A DNA stretch of 61,038 bases from the NCBI GenBank assembly GCA_947302825.1, contig CAMYWP010000001.1, forward strand, positions 1 through 61,038, in the 5' to 3' direction. The stretch comes from an uncultured Bacteroidales bacterium. GTDB lineage: Bacteria > Bacteroidota > Bacteroidia > Bacteroidales > UBA932. The notes beneath the pieces were generated by a model. That model was not told the DNA's origin. It saw only the letters and a program-made list of their open reading frames with translations, and did no database searches. A program made the position numbers and the translations under genes. Positions 19,874 to 30,141 of this stretch are shown here, piece after piece. Numbering within the stretch: position 1 is the stretch's first letter; each line of letters begins with the position of its first letter.

Positions 19874-20908
19874 ATGAAGGAAGCGATTGAACAGATTTTC
19901 AAAGAGCTGAACGAACTGAAGGCCCAGACGGCCAAGGAGGCCGAGGAAGCCCGCATCCGTTTTCTGGGCAAAAAAGGTGAAATCACGGCCCTGATGGAGC
20001 AGTTCCGCAGCGTTGCGCCGGAGCTCAAACGCGAGTATGGCCAGAAACTGAACGAGCTGAAGAAAGCCGCCACCGCCCGCATCGAGGAACTGAAATCCCT
20101 GGCAGAGGTATCGGCCGTGGCCGATGCCCCCAAGGAAGACCTCACCATGCCCGGCGATGCCTTCCCCCTGGGTTCCCGTCATCCGGTTTCCATTGTCCGG
20201 CAGCAGATTGTGGACATCTTCCGCAAGTTCGGTTACGATGTAGCCGAAGGCCCGGAAATCGAGGACGATTACCACGTGTTCGAGGCCCTGAATTTCCCGC
20301 CCAACCATCCGGCGCGCGAAATGCAGGACACTTTCTTCGTAAGTTCAGGTCATCTGAATCCGCTGCTCCTGCGCACCCACACCTCTTCCGTGCAGGTCCG
20401 CACCATGGAAACGCAGCCGCTGCCCATCCGCGTGGTGTGCCCCGGTCGCGTGTTCCGCAACGAAGCCATATCGGCCCGCGCCCACTGCATCTTCCATCAG
20501 GTGGAGGGCCTTTATATCGATAAGGACGTTACTTTCGCCGATCTGAAGCAGGCCATCCTGCTCTTCGCCCGCGAGATGTTCGGCCCGGAGACCGAAATCC
20601 GCATGCGCCCCAGCTACTTCCCCTTCACGGAGCCTTCTGCCGAAGTGGACGTAAGCTGCAACATCTGCCACGGCAAAGGCTGCAACATTTGCAAAGGCAC
20701 CGGCTGGCTGGAGATTATGGGCTGCGGTATGGTAGATCCCAACGTGCTCAAGGCCAGCGGAATCGATCCGGCGCAGTATAGCGGCTTCGCTTTCGGTATG
20801 GGTGTGGAACGTATCGCCATGCTCAAGTGGCAGGTGAACGACCTTCGCCACTACTTCGAAAACGACATGCGCTTCCTGGGCGAATTCGCCACCGCCACCG
20901 AAGTCTAA
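19874..20908 (+). CDS. pheS: Phenylalanyl-tRNA synthetase alpha subunit
   Basis: HPAREMQDTF, LLRTHTS, FHQVEG, YFPFTEPS and GFAFGMGVER motifs. Confidence 0.97.
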   Translation: MKEAIEQIFKELNELKAQTAKEAEEARIRFLGKKGEITALMEQFRSVAPELKREYGQKLNELKKAATARIEELKSLAEVSAVADAPKEDLTMPGDAFPLGSRHPVSIVRQQIVDIFRKFGYDVAEGPEIEDDYHVFEALNFPPNHPAREMQDTFFVSSGHLNPLLLRTHTSSVQVRTMETQPLPIRVVCPGRVFRNEAISARAHCIFHQVEGLYIDKDVTFADLKQAILLFAREMFGPETEIRMRPSYFPFTEPSAEVDVSCNICHGKGCNICKGTGWLEIMGCGMVDPNVLKASGIDPAQYSGFAFGMGVERIAMLKWQVNDLRHYFENDMRFLGEFATATEV

Positions 20909-20920
20909 GGCGGATAAGGA

Positions 20921-23110
20921 TTAAGCGGAAACCATTACGGTGAGGCCGGCCATCACGATACTCACCATGCTCATGAGCTTGATGAGGATGTTGAGGGACG
21001 GGCCGGAGGTGTCTTTGAAGGGATCTCCCACGGTGTCACCCACGATAGTGGCTTTGTGAGCGGGGGAGTTCTTCCCGCCGTGGTGGCCTTCTTCCACATA
21101 CTTCTTGGCATTGTCCCAGGCGCCGCCGGAATTGGCCAGGAAGATGGCCAGCACAAAGCCGGCACCCAGGCCGCCGGACAGCAGGCCGATAACCGCAGCC
21201 GGTCCCAGTAACAGACCCACTACCATAGGCACCAGGATGGCCAGCATGGAGGGGAAAATCATCTCCCGCTGAGCCGCCTTGGTGGAGATACGTACGCAAG
21301 AGGTGTAGTCCGGGCGCTGTTTTCCTTCCAGGATACCCGCAATCTCGCGGAACTGCCGGCGTACTTCCACCACCATTTTGGAGGCGGCACGTCCCACGGC
21401 CTGCATGGTGAGGCCGCAGAAGAGGAAGGCCATCATGGAGCCCAGGAAAATGCCTACCAGCACGCGGGGATTCATAAGAGTAATGTCGTATAATTCAACG
21501 ATATCCGTGATGCTGGCGTTCACCGTCTCCACGGTGCGTCCGCCAATGTCCAGCACGGATCGGCCCACATGACCCAGGCCGATTTTAATCTCTTCGATAT
21601 AGGAAGCCAGCAGCGCCAGGGCGGTGAGGGCGGCCGATCCGATGGCGAAGCCCTTGCCCGTAGCCGCCGTGGTGTTGCCCAGGGCGTCCAGCACATCCGT
21701 CTTTTCGCGCACGGAAGGATCCAGTTCGCTCATCTGGGCATTGCCGCCGGCATTGTCGGCGATGGGGCCATAAGCGTCTGTGGCTAAAGTGATTCCCAGC
21801 GTGGAGAGCATACCCACCGCAGCGATGGAAATGCCGTACAGGCCCATGCTCAGGGTGGAAGCGTTGAACACAAAATCCGTGGCAAAGCCATAGGCCAGCA
21901 AAATGGCGCAGCAGATGGTAATTACGGGAACGGCAGTGGAGCGCATGCCCAGTCCCACGCCGTTGATTACCACCGTAGCCGATCCCGTCTGGGCAGCCTC
22001 GGCCAATTTCTGCGTGGGCCGATAAGAATGGGAGGTGTAGAATTCCGTCACCTTGCCGATAATCACGCCCGAAAGCAAGCCGCTGAGCACGCTCAGGGAC
22101 AGTTTCCACCAGCCGGGGAAGCCCAGCAGCCAGAACACGCCGAAGCTAAGGACGGCGATGAGCGCCGCCGCCAGGTTGGTGCCCACCGACAGTGATTTCA
22201 GCAGATCCTGCAGGCCGGCGCCTTCCTTGGTGCGAACCACGTAAATACCTATAATAGAAAGAACTACGCCAATGGCGGCAATTACCATCGGAGCCAGGAT
22301 GGCGCGCATCTGCACCGCGGTGCCATCGGCAAAGAAGGCCGATGCACCCAGCGCCATGGTGGCCAGGATGCTGCCGCAGTAGCTTTCGTACAGGTCGGCG
22401 CCCATACCGGCTACATCACCCACGTTATCGCCCACATTGTCGGCGATGGTGGCGGGATTGCGGGGATCGTCTTCAGGGATGTCCTGTTCCACTTTACCCA
22501 CGATATCGGCGCCTACATCGGCCGCCTTGGTATAAATGCCGCCGCCCACACGGGCAAAGAGCGCCTGCGTACTGGCACCCATGCCGAAGGTGAGCATGGT
22601 GGTGGTGATAATCACCAGGTTTTGAGCCTCAGAAGGGTCATAGAAAATCTTGAGTACGCTCCACCAGATGGCAATGTCCAGCAGGCCCAGGCCCACCACG
22701 GTGAGACCCATTACGGCGCCGCTGCGGAACGCAATCTTCAGGCCCGAATTGAGGCTGCGCATGGTGGCGTTGGCCGTACGAGCACTGGCGAAAGTGGCGG
22801 TTTTCATGCCCACATAACCCGCCAGGCCGCTGAAGAAACCGCCCGTGAGGAAGGCGAACGGAACCCAAGGGTTCTGCACGCCAAAGCCGTAGGCCAGTAC
22901 AGCGAACAGCGCGGCCAGGATAAGGAAGACCACAATCACCACCCGGTACTGCTGCCGGAGGTAGGCCATGGCGCCCTCCCGCACATACTGGGCAATTTCT
23001 TTCATGGTAGGGGTGCCTTCGCTCTCCTTCATCATCTGCCGGAAGAAGATGTACGCAAACAGCAGCGCAATCAGGGCCGCTGCCGGCACCAAATAGAACA
23101 GGTAAGTCAT
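20921..23110 (-). CDS. hppA: Membrane-bound ion-translocating pyrophosphatase, K+-dependent type (probably Na+ or Na+/H+)
   Basis: GGGIYTKAADVGAD, EDDPRNPATIADNVGDNVGD and GDTVGDPFKDTSGP motifs. GNTTAA (Ala rather than Lys) is the K+-dependent signature. Confidence 0.95.
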   Translation of the reverse strand: MTYLFYLVPAAALIALLFAYIFFRQMMKESEGTPTMKEIAQYVREGAMAYLRQQYRVVIVVFLILAALFAVLAYGFGVQNPWVPFAFLTGGFFSGLAGYVGMKTATFASARTANATMRSLNSGLKIAFRSGAVMGLTVVGLGLLDIAIWWSVLKIFYDPSEAQNLVIITTTMLTFGMGASTQALFARVGGGIYTKAADVGADIVGKVEQDIPEDDPRNPATIADNVGDNVGDVAGMGADLYESYCGSILATMALGASAFFADGTAVQMRAILAPMVIAAIGVVLSIIGIYVVRTKEGAGLQDLLKSLSVGTNLAAALIAVLSFGVFWLLGFPGWWKLSLSVLSGLLSGVIIGKVTEFYTSHSYRPTQKLAEAAQTGSATVVINGVGLGMRSTAVPVITICCAILLAYGFATDFVFNASTLSMGLYGISIAAVGMLSTLGITLATDAYGPIADNAGGNAQMSELDPSVREKTDVLDALGNTTAATGKGFAIGSAALTALALLASYIEEIKIGLGHVGRSVLDIGGRTVETVNASITDIVELYDITLMNPRVLVGIFLGSMMAFLFCGLTMQAVGRAASKMVVEVRRQFREIAGILEGKQRPDYTSCVRISTKAAQREMIFPSMLAILVPMVVGLLLGPAAVIGLLSGGLGAGFVLAIFLANSGGAWDNAKKYVEEGHHGGKNSPAHKATIVGDTVGDPFKDTSGPSLNILIKLMSMVSIVMAGLTVMVSA

Positions 23111-23141
23111 AGTTTTAAGTGTTATTCCATTTTCGGGATAA

Positions 23142-23149
23142 CAAAGATA
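23142..23149 (-). promoter_or_regulatory. -7 promoter box (TATCTTTG) for hppA
   Basis: TAnnTTTG on the minus strand, about 30 nt upstream of the start. Confidence 0.55.
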
Positions 23150-23154
23150 GCAAA

Positions 23155-25494
23155 TTATTGGATACGGATGACCACTTTTACGGCCTGATTAGCCGGATGC
23201 TCGGGAAGGACAATGCTGGCTTCCATCGTTTCCGGATCATACCGGCATTCCAGCGCCGTGCCGTCCAGGCTGGCCGATGGACAGCCCTGCAGTCCGCCCA
23301 GGACCAGGCTCAGGCAGCGGGTGTTCGGCATATCCTTGTAGGACCCCGTACGGGCGCCGATTTCCACCACCACCTGGCGGGCCGATGCCTGCTTCACGAT
23401 ACGCGTGGTGGCGTACTGGCTGGGATAAGCCTGGCTCACGCCGTCGTCCTCGTAGTGGACGTATTCGCTGCGGCCTTTTCCGGGCGCCACATAAATGCGC
23501 CAGGCATTGCTGCTTTCCTGCAGGTTCTGGATGCCTTCCTGCGCCAGCGGGAGGATAGCTCCGGCTTTCACGAACCAGGCGTTCTGGGCCAGGGTATAGC
23601 GCAACTGCTGGACGCTGCCGCCCTTCAGGATCTTGTGATGGGCCATGTCGTACCAGTCCGTCCCGGCGGGGAGCCAGACGTCGCGGCCTGCCGTTCCATC
23701 GGCCCCAACCGGTTCGCATACCGTAGCAGCCAGGATGTTGTCCCCAAAGAAATACTCCTGCTTCCACTGGTAAGCCTGGGCTTTTTCCGGGTACTCATAA
23801 TACAGCGGCCGGCACAGCGAAATGCCCGTTTCATAGGCCTGGCGGGCCATATCATAGATATAAGGGGTAAGGGCATAGCGCAGTTCCAGCGCCTCTTTCA
23901 TATACTCATAATGCTCCGGGAACATCCAGATCCGGCGTTCCAGGATGGCCGATGAAGTGCTGTGCGTCTTGAAGATAGGGGAGAACACGCCGTACTGCAG
24001 CCAGCGGGTGAAGAGCTCCGGTTCGGTGGGGACGTCGTTGTCCTGCATGTGACCGCCTAAATCGTGTCCCCAATAGCCGTAGAGCACGTTGGAGGCCGTT
24101 GCGGTGAATTCGGGCAGGTAGCTCAGCACCTCCCACTTGATTTTGGTGTCTCCGGAGAAACCCAGTTGGTAACGATGGCTGCCCAGGCCGCCCCAGCGGT
24201 GATAAATCATGGGACGGGGCGCATTTTCGGGCGCCAGTCCGCGGGCCCGGCGCACCCGGTCGTTGAAGAAAGTATGGTTCAGCCAGAAAGTGACGCTGAG
24301 CCCCGGCAGATACTGGCTTTCCCGCCACTGCTGCCAGTCCAGCCACCAGAAATCCACGCCCTGCTGCTCCAGCGGGTGAATCACGGAGTTAAAGTAGGCG
24401 TCGGTCCACTCGCGCTGGGAAATCCGGAAAGGTACCCGTACCCGGTATCCCTCCGGCGTCCGGTAGCCCTTGGGACCGTCATAATCCTGGGTGCGGGACA
24501 GATAATCGGCTACGAAATCCGGATAGCCTATTTCGCGCGGGCTCATGCCGCCGGCCGGATGCAGGTTAAGGGAAGTCTTGAGCCCCAACCCGTGTACCTG
24601 TGCCAGGAAATCTTCCGGCTGGGCAATCAGATCCCGGTTCCAGCTGTAACCGGTCCAGCCCACACCTTGGTCGTGTTCCTCCTTGGAGGCATGGGGCCAG
24701 GTTTCGTGCCAGTCCATGTCAATCACCATCACATCAATGGGGAGTTTCCGCTCCCGGAACTCCCGGCCCAGGGCCAGGAACTCCTTGTCTGTATAGGCCC
24801 AGTAGCGGCTCCACCAGTAGCCGAAAACATATTTCGGCGGCATGGGAATACTGCCGGCCACTTTGGCATAATCGGCCAAAGCTCCCTTATAATCGTGTCC
24901 GTAAGCAAACAGGTACCAGTCAATTACCTGGGCCGAGGGACGGGCGGCCACCCAGGAACCCCAGTCGGACTCATCTTCCACCAGCAGGTGCCGGGTGCTT
25001 TCATCCACCAGCGCCCAGCCGTCGCGGGACAGGATGCCCGCCTCCATGGGATCTCCGAAGTTGATCCGCTCCGGTCCTTCACAGCCGTCCAGGGTGCGAG
25101 CGGTGCCCATCAGGTTGCCGGAAGCATCGGCCCCGGGATACCAGGAGACGGTCTTGCCATTCAGTTGGAAGCTCACCCGGAGGTTTTCGGCCGTAAATTC
25201 GCCGCCTTGATACACCAGGGTAAGGGCCGATGTCTTCAAAGTGAGCCCTTTTCCTTTGCGCTGCACGCGGAAGGCCGGCACCGGCAGGTTCCGGTTCACG
25301 ATGGCCAGCGTGGCGTGGTCTTCGAAAACGCCGTCCGGGCTCCATTCCATTCGGATCAGGCGGTCTGTCAGGACGGTAAAACGGGCCTGGCCGGCCACTA
25401 CCTGGGCCTGGGGGTTGGCAATGGGGTTGTCCTGGGCCTGCAAGGGGAGGAAATAGGCCGACAGGAAGAGCAGAAGAAGAGAAATCCGTTTCAT
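23155..25494 (-). CDS. Glycoside hydrolase family 31 (alpha-glucosidase/xylosidase-like)
   Basis: ATG at 25494 with a signal peptide. GYWWSRY, IDMDWH, DFWWLDWQ, SGD and GHDLGG motifs. Confidence 0.88.
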   Translation of the reverse strand: MKRISLLLLFLSAYFLPLQAQDNPIANPQAQVVAGQARFTVLTDRLIRMEWSPDGVFEDHATLAIVNRNLPVPAFRVQRKGKGLTLKTSALTLVYQGGEFTAENLRVSFQLNGKTVSWYPGADASGNLMGTARTLDGCEGPERINFGDPMEAGILSRDGWALVDESTRHLLVEDESDWGSWVAARPSAQVIDWYLFAYGHDYKGALADYAKVAGSIPMPPKYVFGYWWSRYWAYTDKEFLALGREFRERKLPIDVMVIDMDWHETWPHASKEEHDQGVGWTGYSWNRDLIAQPEDFLAQVHGLGLKTSLNLHPAGGMSPREIGYPDFVADYLSRTQDYDGPKGYRTPEGYRVRVPFRISQREWTDAYFNSVIHPLEQQGVDFWWLDWQQWRESQYLPGLSVTFWLNHTFFNDRVRRARGLAPENAPRPMIYHRWGGLGSHRYQLGFSGDTKIKWEVLSYLPEFTATASNVLYGYWGHDLGGHMQDNDVPTEPELFTRWLQYGVFSPIFKTHSTSSAILERRIWMFPEHYEYMKEALELRYALTPYIYDMARQAYETGISLCRPLYYEYPEKAQAYQWKQEYFFGDNILAATVCEPVGADGTAGRDVWLPAGTDWYDMAHHKILKGGSVQQLRYTLAQNAWFVKAGAILPLAQEGIQNLQESSNAWRIYVAPGKGRSEYVHYEDDGVSQAYPSQYATTRIVKQASARQVVVEIGARTGSYKDMPNTRCLSLVLGGLQGCPSASLDGTALECRYDPETMEASIVLPEHPANQAVKVVIRIQ

Positions 25495-25543
25495 AAATTG
25501 GCTATAGTTTTTACAAAGATGCAAAAACTTTTCAGAAAATCCG

Positions 25544-25551
25544 TACCTTTG
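25544..25551 (+). promoter_or_regulatory. -7 promoter box (TACCTTTG) for the SGNH-SGNH-MBOAT operon
   Basis: TAnnTTTG 7 nt upstream of the ATG at 25559. Confidence 0.55.
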
Positions 25552-25558
25552 CAATCTT

Positions 25559-26983
25559 ATGAAAGCGAAGCAGGTACTCATATTCCTCTGCGGGGTGTTC
25601 GCCATGCTGGGCGTGCTGTGGCTGGCCGTGCCGGCCGATGGCGTTCCCCTGGGTCCGCTGAACCTCCGTTTTGCTTCCTACCAGCGCATGGTGCGGGAGG
25701 CCGGGGAGCAGAAAGTGAATGTGGATTCCGTGCTGCAGGCCGTGGAGGCGCGCTTCCGGATGGAGGACGATACCCTCCAGTATTACCGTAAGTTTTTCTA
25801 TGAGAATCCGGATCGGATTTACCTCCCAAACGACGATTTCCATTACTTTGACGTTGTTTTCCGCCAGATGGACCAGGCCCAAAAGCGCCGGGTCCGCGTG
25901 GTTCACTACGGCGATTCCCAAATAGAACTGGACCGTATCTCCCAGGATCTCCGTCAGGCTTTGCAAGAGCGTTTCGGCGGTAGTGGAACAGGTCAGTTTC
26001 CGGCCCTGAGCAATGTCCCCTCGGCCAGCATTTCCAAATCGGCCTCCGGCGGATTCGTGCAATATACCATGTACGGGGATTCCACCACCCAGCGCGCCGG
26101 CCATAACCGGTACGGCATGCTGGCGCAGGTGGTGCAGCTTACCGGCGGCGGCACCGTGAATCTGCGAGGAACCAAAAACAAATTGGCCCGGGACGGTGTA
26201 CGCACCTTCGAAAGCGTTTCCGTACTCTACGGACGCCCGCAGGATTTTGAGGTGAAAGCCACTTCGGACACCTTAAAACCTCAACCGGTAGTGGAACAGG
26301 GTAAGAACGGCGCCACGCTGGTCACCTGGCATTTCGGCCGCCCGGTCCAAAAAGCCACGCTCCAGTTCAAAGGCAACGCAGAAATATATGCCATAGGGGC
26401 CGATGGAGAAAACGGCATATCGGTGGACAATATCCCGCTCCGGGGCTGCTCCGGCACCATTTTCACCCGCATTTCCCAGCCGCTCATGGAGGATTGCCTG
26501 GCTCTTACGGACGCCCGGCTCATTATCCTGCAGTTCGGCGGCAACATGATGCCCATGGTGCACAGCACCAAAGTCATCGAGACGTATCAGGAGCAGATCG
26601 CCCGCCAGATCCAGTATTTCCACCAGGCGGCGCCGGAGGCTAAAATCCTGTTCATCGGCCCGTCCGACATGGGGAAATCCGTGGGCGGCCGCATGGTTAC
26701 TTGGCCCCATCTGCCGGAGATGGTGGATTCGCTCAAGGCCACGGCGCTGCGCAACGATGCCGCCTTCTGGGACCTGTACCGCATGATGGGCGGCGAGAAC
26801 TCCATGGCACAGTGGGTAAAGCACGTCCCCGCCTATGCCGGTCCGGATTATATCCATTTCACCCCGGCCGGTGCCAGCAAGGTGGGAGAGGCCCTGTCCC
26901 GCTCCTTCCTTACCTATTACGATTTCTATGAACTGCGGAAGAGCCTGCCCGCAGACCGGGTGAAAAAGGCCTTGCAGCCATGA
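25559..26983 (+). CDS. SGNH/GDSL-family O-acetyltransferase/esterase (PatB/AlgJ-like), membrane-anchored
   Basis: HYGDSQ block I, QFGGN and DYIHF catalytic motifs. Adjacent to an MBOAT gene. Confidence 0.8.
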   Translation: MKAKQVLIFLCGVFAMLGVLWLAVPADGVPLGPLNLRFASYQRMVREAGEQKVNVDSVLQAVEARFRMEDDTLQYYRKFFYENPDRIYLPNDDFHYFDVVFRQMDQAQKRRVRVVHYGDSQIELDRISQDLRQALQERFGGSGTGQFPALSNVPSASISKSASGGFVQYTMYGDSTTQRAGHNRYGMLAQVVQLTGGGTVNLRGTKNKLARDGVRTFESVSVLYGRPQDFEVKATSDTLKPQPVVEQGKNGATLVTWHFGRPVQKATLQFKGNAEIYAIGADGENGISVDNIPLRGCSGTIFTRISQPLMEDCLALTDARLIILQFGGNMMPMVHSTKVIETYQEQIARQIQYFHQAAPEAKILFIGPSDMGKSVGGRMVTWPHLPEMVDSLKATALRNDAAFWDLYRMMGGENSMAQWVKHVPAYAGPDYIHFTPAGASKVGEALSRSFLTYYDFYELRKSLPADRVKKALQP

Positions 26984-28170
26984 GAAAGACCGTTTTCCTC
27001 CTCCTTCTGCTGCTGATGGTCCTGCCGGCTCCTGCCCGCCGGAAGCCCCGCTATCCCTTTATCCGCGCCGACCTCAACGTCCTGCAAACCCCCGGCGGCG
27101 AATCCCCGGAACTCCAGCACTTTTTCCGTAAACTGGATACCCTGCTCGTTACCGGCAGAGGCGATGTCCGTGTCCTCCATATAGGAGGTTCACACGTGCA
27201 GGGCGGCACCCTGAGCGACCGTCTTCGCCGCCATTTCCTCAGCCTGCGTTATGGCATGGAAGGCGGCCGGGGCCTGGTTTTCCCCTTTTCGGCCGCCGGC
27301 ACCAACACCCCGGTAAGCTACAGCAGTTCCTGGCAGGGCAGCTGGGAAAGCGCCACCTGCCTGAAGCCGGCCGAGGAAGAGCTGGGCCTTACCGGCATGG
27401 CCGTGATGGCGCGGGATACATCGGCCAAGGTGATCCTGGACCTGGTGCCCCGTGAACGCCAGCTGCTGCAACAGCGCTACGTTTTTAACCGCGTGGATGT
27501 GCTGGGCAGCGGCACGCTGGAGCCCATCCTCCTGCTGAACGGCCGCGACACCCTGCGCGGTATCGGCGCCGAGAATCTGCGTCACTTTGACATTCCATAC
27601 TACACGGACTGGATCCAGCTGGCTTTCACCGGTCAGGGCCGATACTCCCTCCGCGGCCTGTATCTGGACAAACCGTACGGCGGTTTTTCGCTCAGTGAGG
27701 CCGGCGTGAACGGCGCCTCCACCCACTCCTGGCTGCGCTGTGGCCTATGGGAGCAGGAAATGCACCGCGTGATGCCGGATCTGGTCATATTTTCCATCGG
27801 CATCAACGATATCCAGGGGGATGATTTCGACGCTCGTCGATTCAAAGGCAATTACCGCGAACTGGTCAAGCGCGTCCGGCGGGTGAATCCGCGCTGCGCC
27901 ATCCTGTTCAGCGGCATCAACGACAGCTGGCGTCACCGGGCGGTAAATCGGCACACCGAGGCCGCCGAAAAAGCCTTCCGGGAGCTGGCGCAGGAATTTG
28001 ACGCTGCGTTCTGGGACTGGTACGGCGTGATGGGCGGTGCCGGTTCCATGGCCAAATGGGAGGAAGCCGGTCTGGCCCAGGCCGATAAAATCCACTTCAC
28101 CCCGGCCGGTTACAAACTGGTGGGTGACCTTCTGTTCGACGCCCTGATGGACGCGTATTACGGCCGATGA
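26980..28170 (+). CDS. Second SGNH/GDSL-family protein
   Basis: HIGGSH, GVNGA, IGIND and DKIHF motifs. ATGA overlaps on both sides. Confidence 0.8.
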   Translation: MRKTVFLLLLLLMVLPAPARRKPRYPFIRADLNVLQTPGGESPELQHFFRKLDTLLVTGRGDVRVLHIGGSHVQGGTLSDRLRRHFLSLRYGMEGGRGLVFPFSAAGTNTPVSYSSSWQGSWESATCLKPAEEELGLTGMAVMARDTSAKVILDLVPRERQLLQQRYVFNRVDVLGSGTLEPILLLNGRDTLRGIGAENLRHFDIPYYTDWIQLAFTGQGRYSLRGLYLDKPYGGFSLSEAGVNGASTHSWLRCGLWEQEMHRVMPDLVIFSIGINDIQGDDFDARRFKGNYRELVKRVRRVNPRCAILFSGINDSWRHRAVNRHTEAAEKAFRELAQEFDAAFWDWYGVMGGAGSMAKWEEAGLAQADKIHFTPAGYKLVGDLLFDALMDAYYGR

Positions 28171-30023
28171 ATCTCTGGGAAATCATACGGGATTTCTTCG
28201 TGAGCCTGTTTTCTTTCGACCAGGCGCACCCGCTGCTGTTCACCCAGTTCTATTTCTGGGCGTTCTTCGCGCTGGTGTTCGCGGGTTTTTCGCTGCTGCA
28301 CTCCAAAGTGCTGCTGCGCAACGCCTACCTCGTCGCCGCCTCGCTCTTTTTCTACTACAAGACCAGCGGCGTTTTCCTGGCCCTGCTGCTCTTTGTCATT
28401 ATCTATAACTTCTTCGCCGCCAAGGGCTTGGATCGGCTGAAGAAAGAGGGATGGCGGAAGGCGCTCACCACTTTCAGCGTGGTGGTGGACCTGGGCATCC
28501 TGGCTTATTTTAAGTACGCCTACTTCCTCACGGATTTCGTGAACAACCTCCTGGGCCTGCAGCTGGAGGTACACGATGTTTTAGGCGAATGGCTCAACGT
28601 CCTCACGGGAACCAGCCTGTTCCGGGTCGATGCCATCATCCTGCCGGTGGGCATCTCCTTCTTCACCTTCCAGGCGGTGAGTTATGTGGTGGACGTGAAG
28701 CGGCGGCGCATCCAGCCGGTGCAGAACTTCCTGGACTTCGGCTTCTACCTTTCGTTCTTCCCGCAGCTGGTGGCCGGCCCCATCGTGCGTGCTTCGGAAT
28801 TCATCCAGCAGCTGCACAAACCGTTCAACCTTTCCCGGCGCTGGTTCGGCATCGGCGTGTTCTGGATCATGAACGGCCTTCTGAAGAAGCTGATTCTGGC
28901 CGATTATCTGGCCGTGAACTTTTGCGACCGCGTGTTCGAAAATCCGCTGATGTACAGCGGCTTCGAGAACTTATCGGCCCTGTTCTGCTATTCCCTGCAG
29001 GTGTACGCCGATTTCTCCGGCTACACGGATATCGCCACCGGCGTGGCCCTGCTCATGGGCTTCTACCTGCCCAAGAACTTCGATTCGCCGTATAAGGCCG
29101 TGAACACGCAGCAGTTCTGGCGCCGCTGGCACATGACTTTGAGCCGATGGCTCCGCGACTACCTCTACATCCCCCTGGGCGGCAACCGGAACGCTACGCC
29201 GGCTACTTTCATCATTATCCTGGCCGTGGCGGTATTCGGCAGTTTCCTCAGCGGTTCCTGGTGGGTGGCGTTCGGGGTGTTTGTATTGGCGGCAGGCATT
29301 GGCGTCTGGGCCTGGCTGCGGCCCGATGACCGCAAGCTCATCACCACCAATATCAATTCCATGAACACCATGCTGCTGGGCGGCCTGTGGCACGGCGCCA
29401 GCTGGAATTTCATGATCTGGGGCGGCCTCAACGGTATCGGCATGGTGATTTATAAAATCTGGACCAAGCGCAGCATGCGGGTGAAGCTGCTCATCATCGG
29501 CACCGTCACCCTCCTGTGCTTCATCCTTTCCCGCACCACGCACTATCCCGTCTGGAACCTCTTCTTCGTCTGGACCCTGATTATCCTGGTGGGTACTGTG
29601 GTAAAGGCGCTTTGTCATTCTAAGGGCGGTGGAGAAACCTGGCTCTCACGGGCTTGGGACATTTTCCAGACATTCGTGTTCATCACTTTCACACGTTTGT
29701 TCTTCCGCAGCGGCTCCAATCTGGACCCGGCACTGGCCAACGAACAGGCCTGGAACACAGCCAAAAACATGGTGAATCAGATCGGCGGCCATTGGGACCT
29801 GTCGCTGGTGCCTACCATGGCCTGGCAGCACCGCGCCGTGCTTCTGCTGTTCGTCATCGGCATGATAATCCACTGGCTCCCGGAACGCTTCAAACGGCGT
29901 TATCGGCTGGCCTTTGCCTCCCTGCCCCTTTTCTGGATGGCCGTGGTGGTGGTGTTGATCATCGTCTTCTTCTTCCAGTTCATCACTGCCGACCTCCAGT
30001 CCTTCATCTACTTCCAGTTCTAA
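28167..30023 (+). CDS. MBOAT-family O-acyltransferase (AlgI/PatA/DltB-like)
   Basis: LPVGISFFTFQ, FFPQLVAGPI, DFSGYTDIA, FWRRWHMTLS and GLWHGA motifs. Confidence 0.92.
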   Translation: MNLWEIIRDFFVSLFSFDQAHPLLFTQFYFWAFFALVFAGFSLLHSKVLLRNAYLVAASLFFYYKTSGVFLALLLFVIIYNFFAAKGLDRLKKEGWRKALTTFSVVVDLGILAYFKYAYFLTDFVNNLLGLQLEVHDVLGEWLNVLTGTSLFRVDAIILPVGISFFTFQAVSYVVDVKRRRIQPVQNFLDFGFYLSFFPQLVAGPIVRASEFIQQLHKPFNLSRRWFGIGVFWIMNGLLKKLILADYLAVNFCDRVFENPLMYSGFENLSALFCYSLQVYADFSGYTDIATGVALLMGFYLPKNFDSPYKAVNTQQFWRRWHMTLSRWLRDYLYIPLGGNRNATPATFIIILAVAVFGSFLSGSWWVAFGVFVLAAGIGVWAWLRPDDRKLITTNINSMNTMLLGGLWHGASWNFMIWGGLNGIGMVIYKIWTKRSMRVKLLIIGTVTLLCFILSRTTHYPVWNLFFVWTLIILVGTVVKALCHSKGGGETWLSRAWDIFQTFVFITFTRLFFRSGSNLDPALANEQAWNTAKNMVNQIGGHWDLSLVPTMAWQHRAVLLLFVIGMIIHWLPERFKRRYRLAFASLPLFWMAVVVVLIIVFFFQFITADLQSFIYFQF

Positions 30024-30029
30024 AGAGAG

Positions 30030-30135
30030 CTGGCAGCTAACAACCGTTCCCTCAACCACTTACATAAAAGTTTTCGTTCAAAAATCGAACGAAAACTTTA
30101 CACAAAACGCTCAGTATCAGAGGGTTGGCTGCCAG
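30030..30135. repeat. 106-bp dyad-hairpin-dyad element, copy 2
   Basis: CTGGCAGCTAAC...GTTGGCTGCCAG ends and a central AAAGTTTTCGTTC-AAAAATC-GAACGAAAACTTT hairpin. Lies between convergent genes. Confidence 0.85.
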
Positions 30136-30141
30136 GCGGAA

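Noticed and set aside
29613..29621. TGTCATTCT in an MBOAT loop (LCHSKGGG), matching the start of the motif at 43636
   Set aside because: Only 9 bp match and the rest of the motif is absent. It could be a remnant but is indistinguishable from chance.
30030..30135. Resemblance of element copy 2 to an integron attC site (AGCTAAC...GTTGGCT)
   Set aside because: The L boxes are not complementary, the other three copies lack the AAC/GTT core, flanking genes are housekeeping, and no integrase is present.
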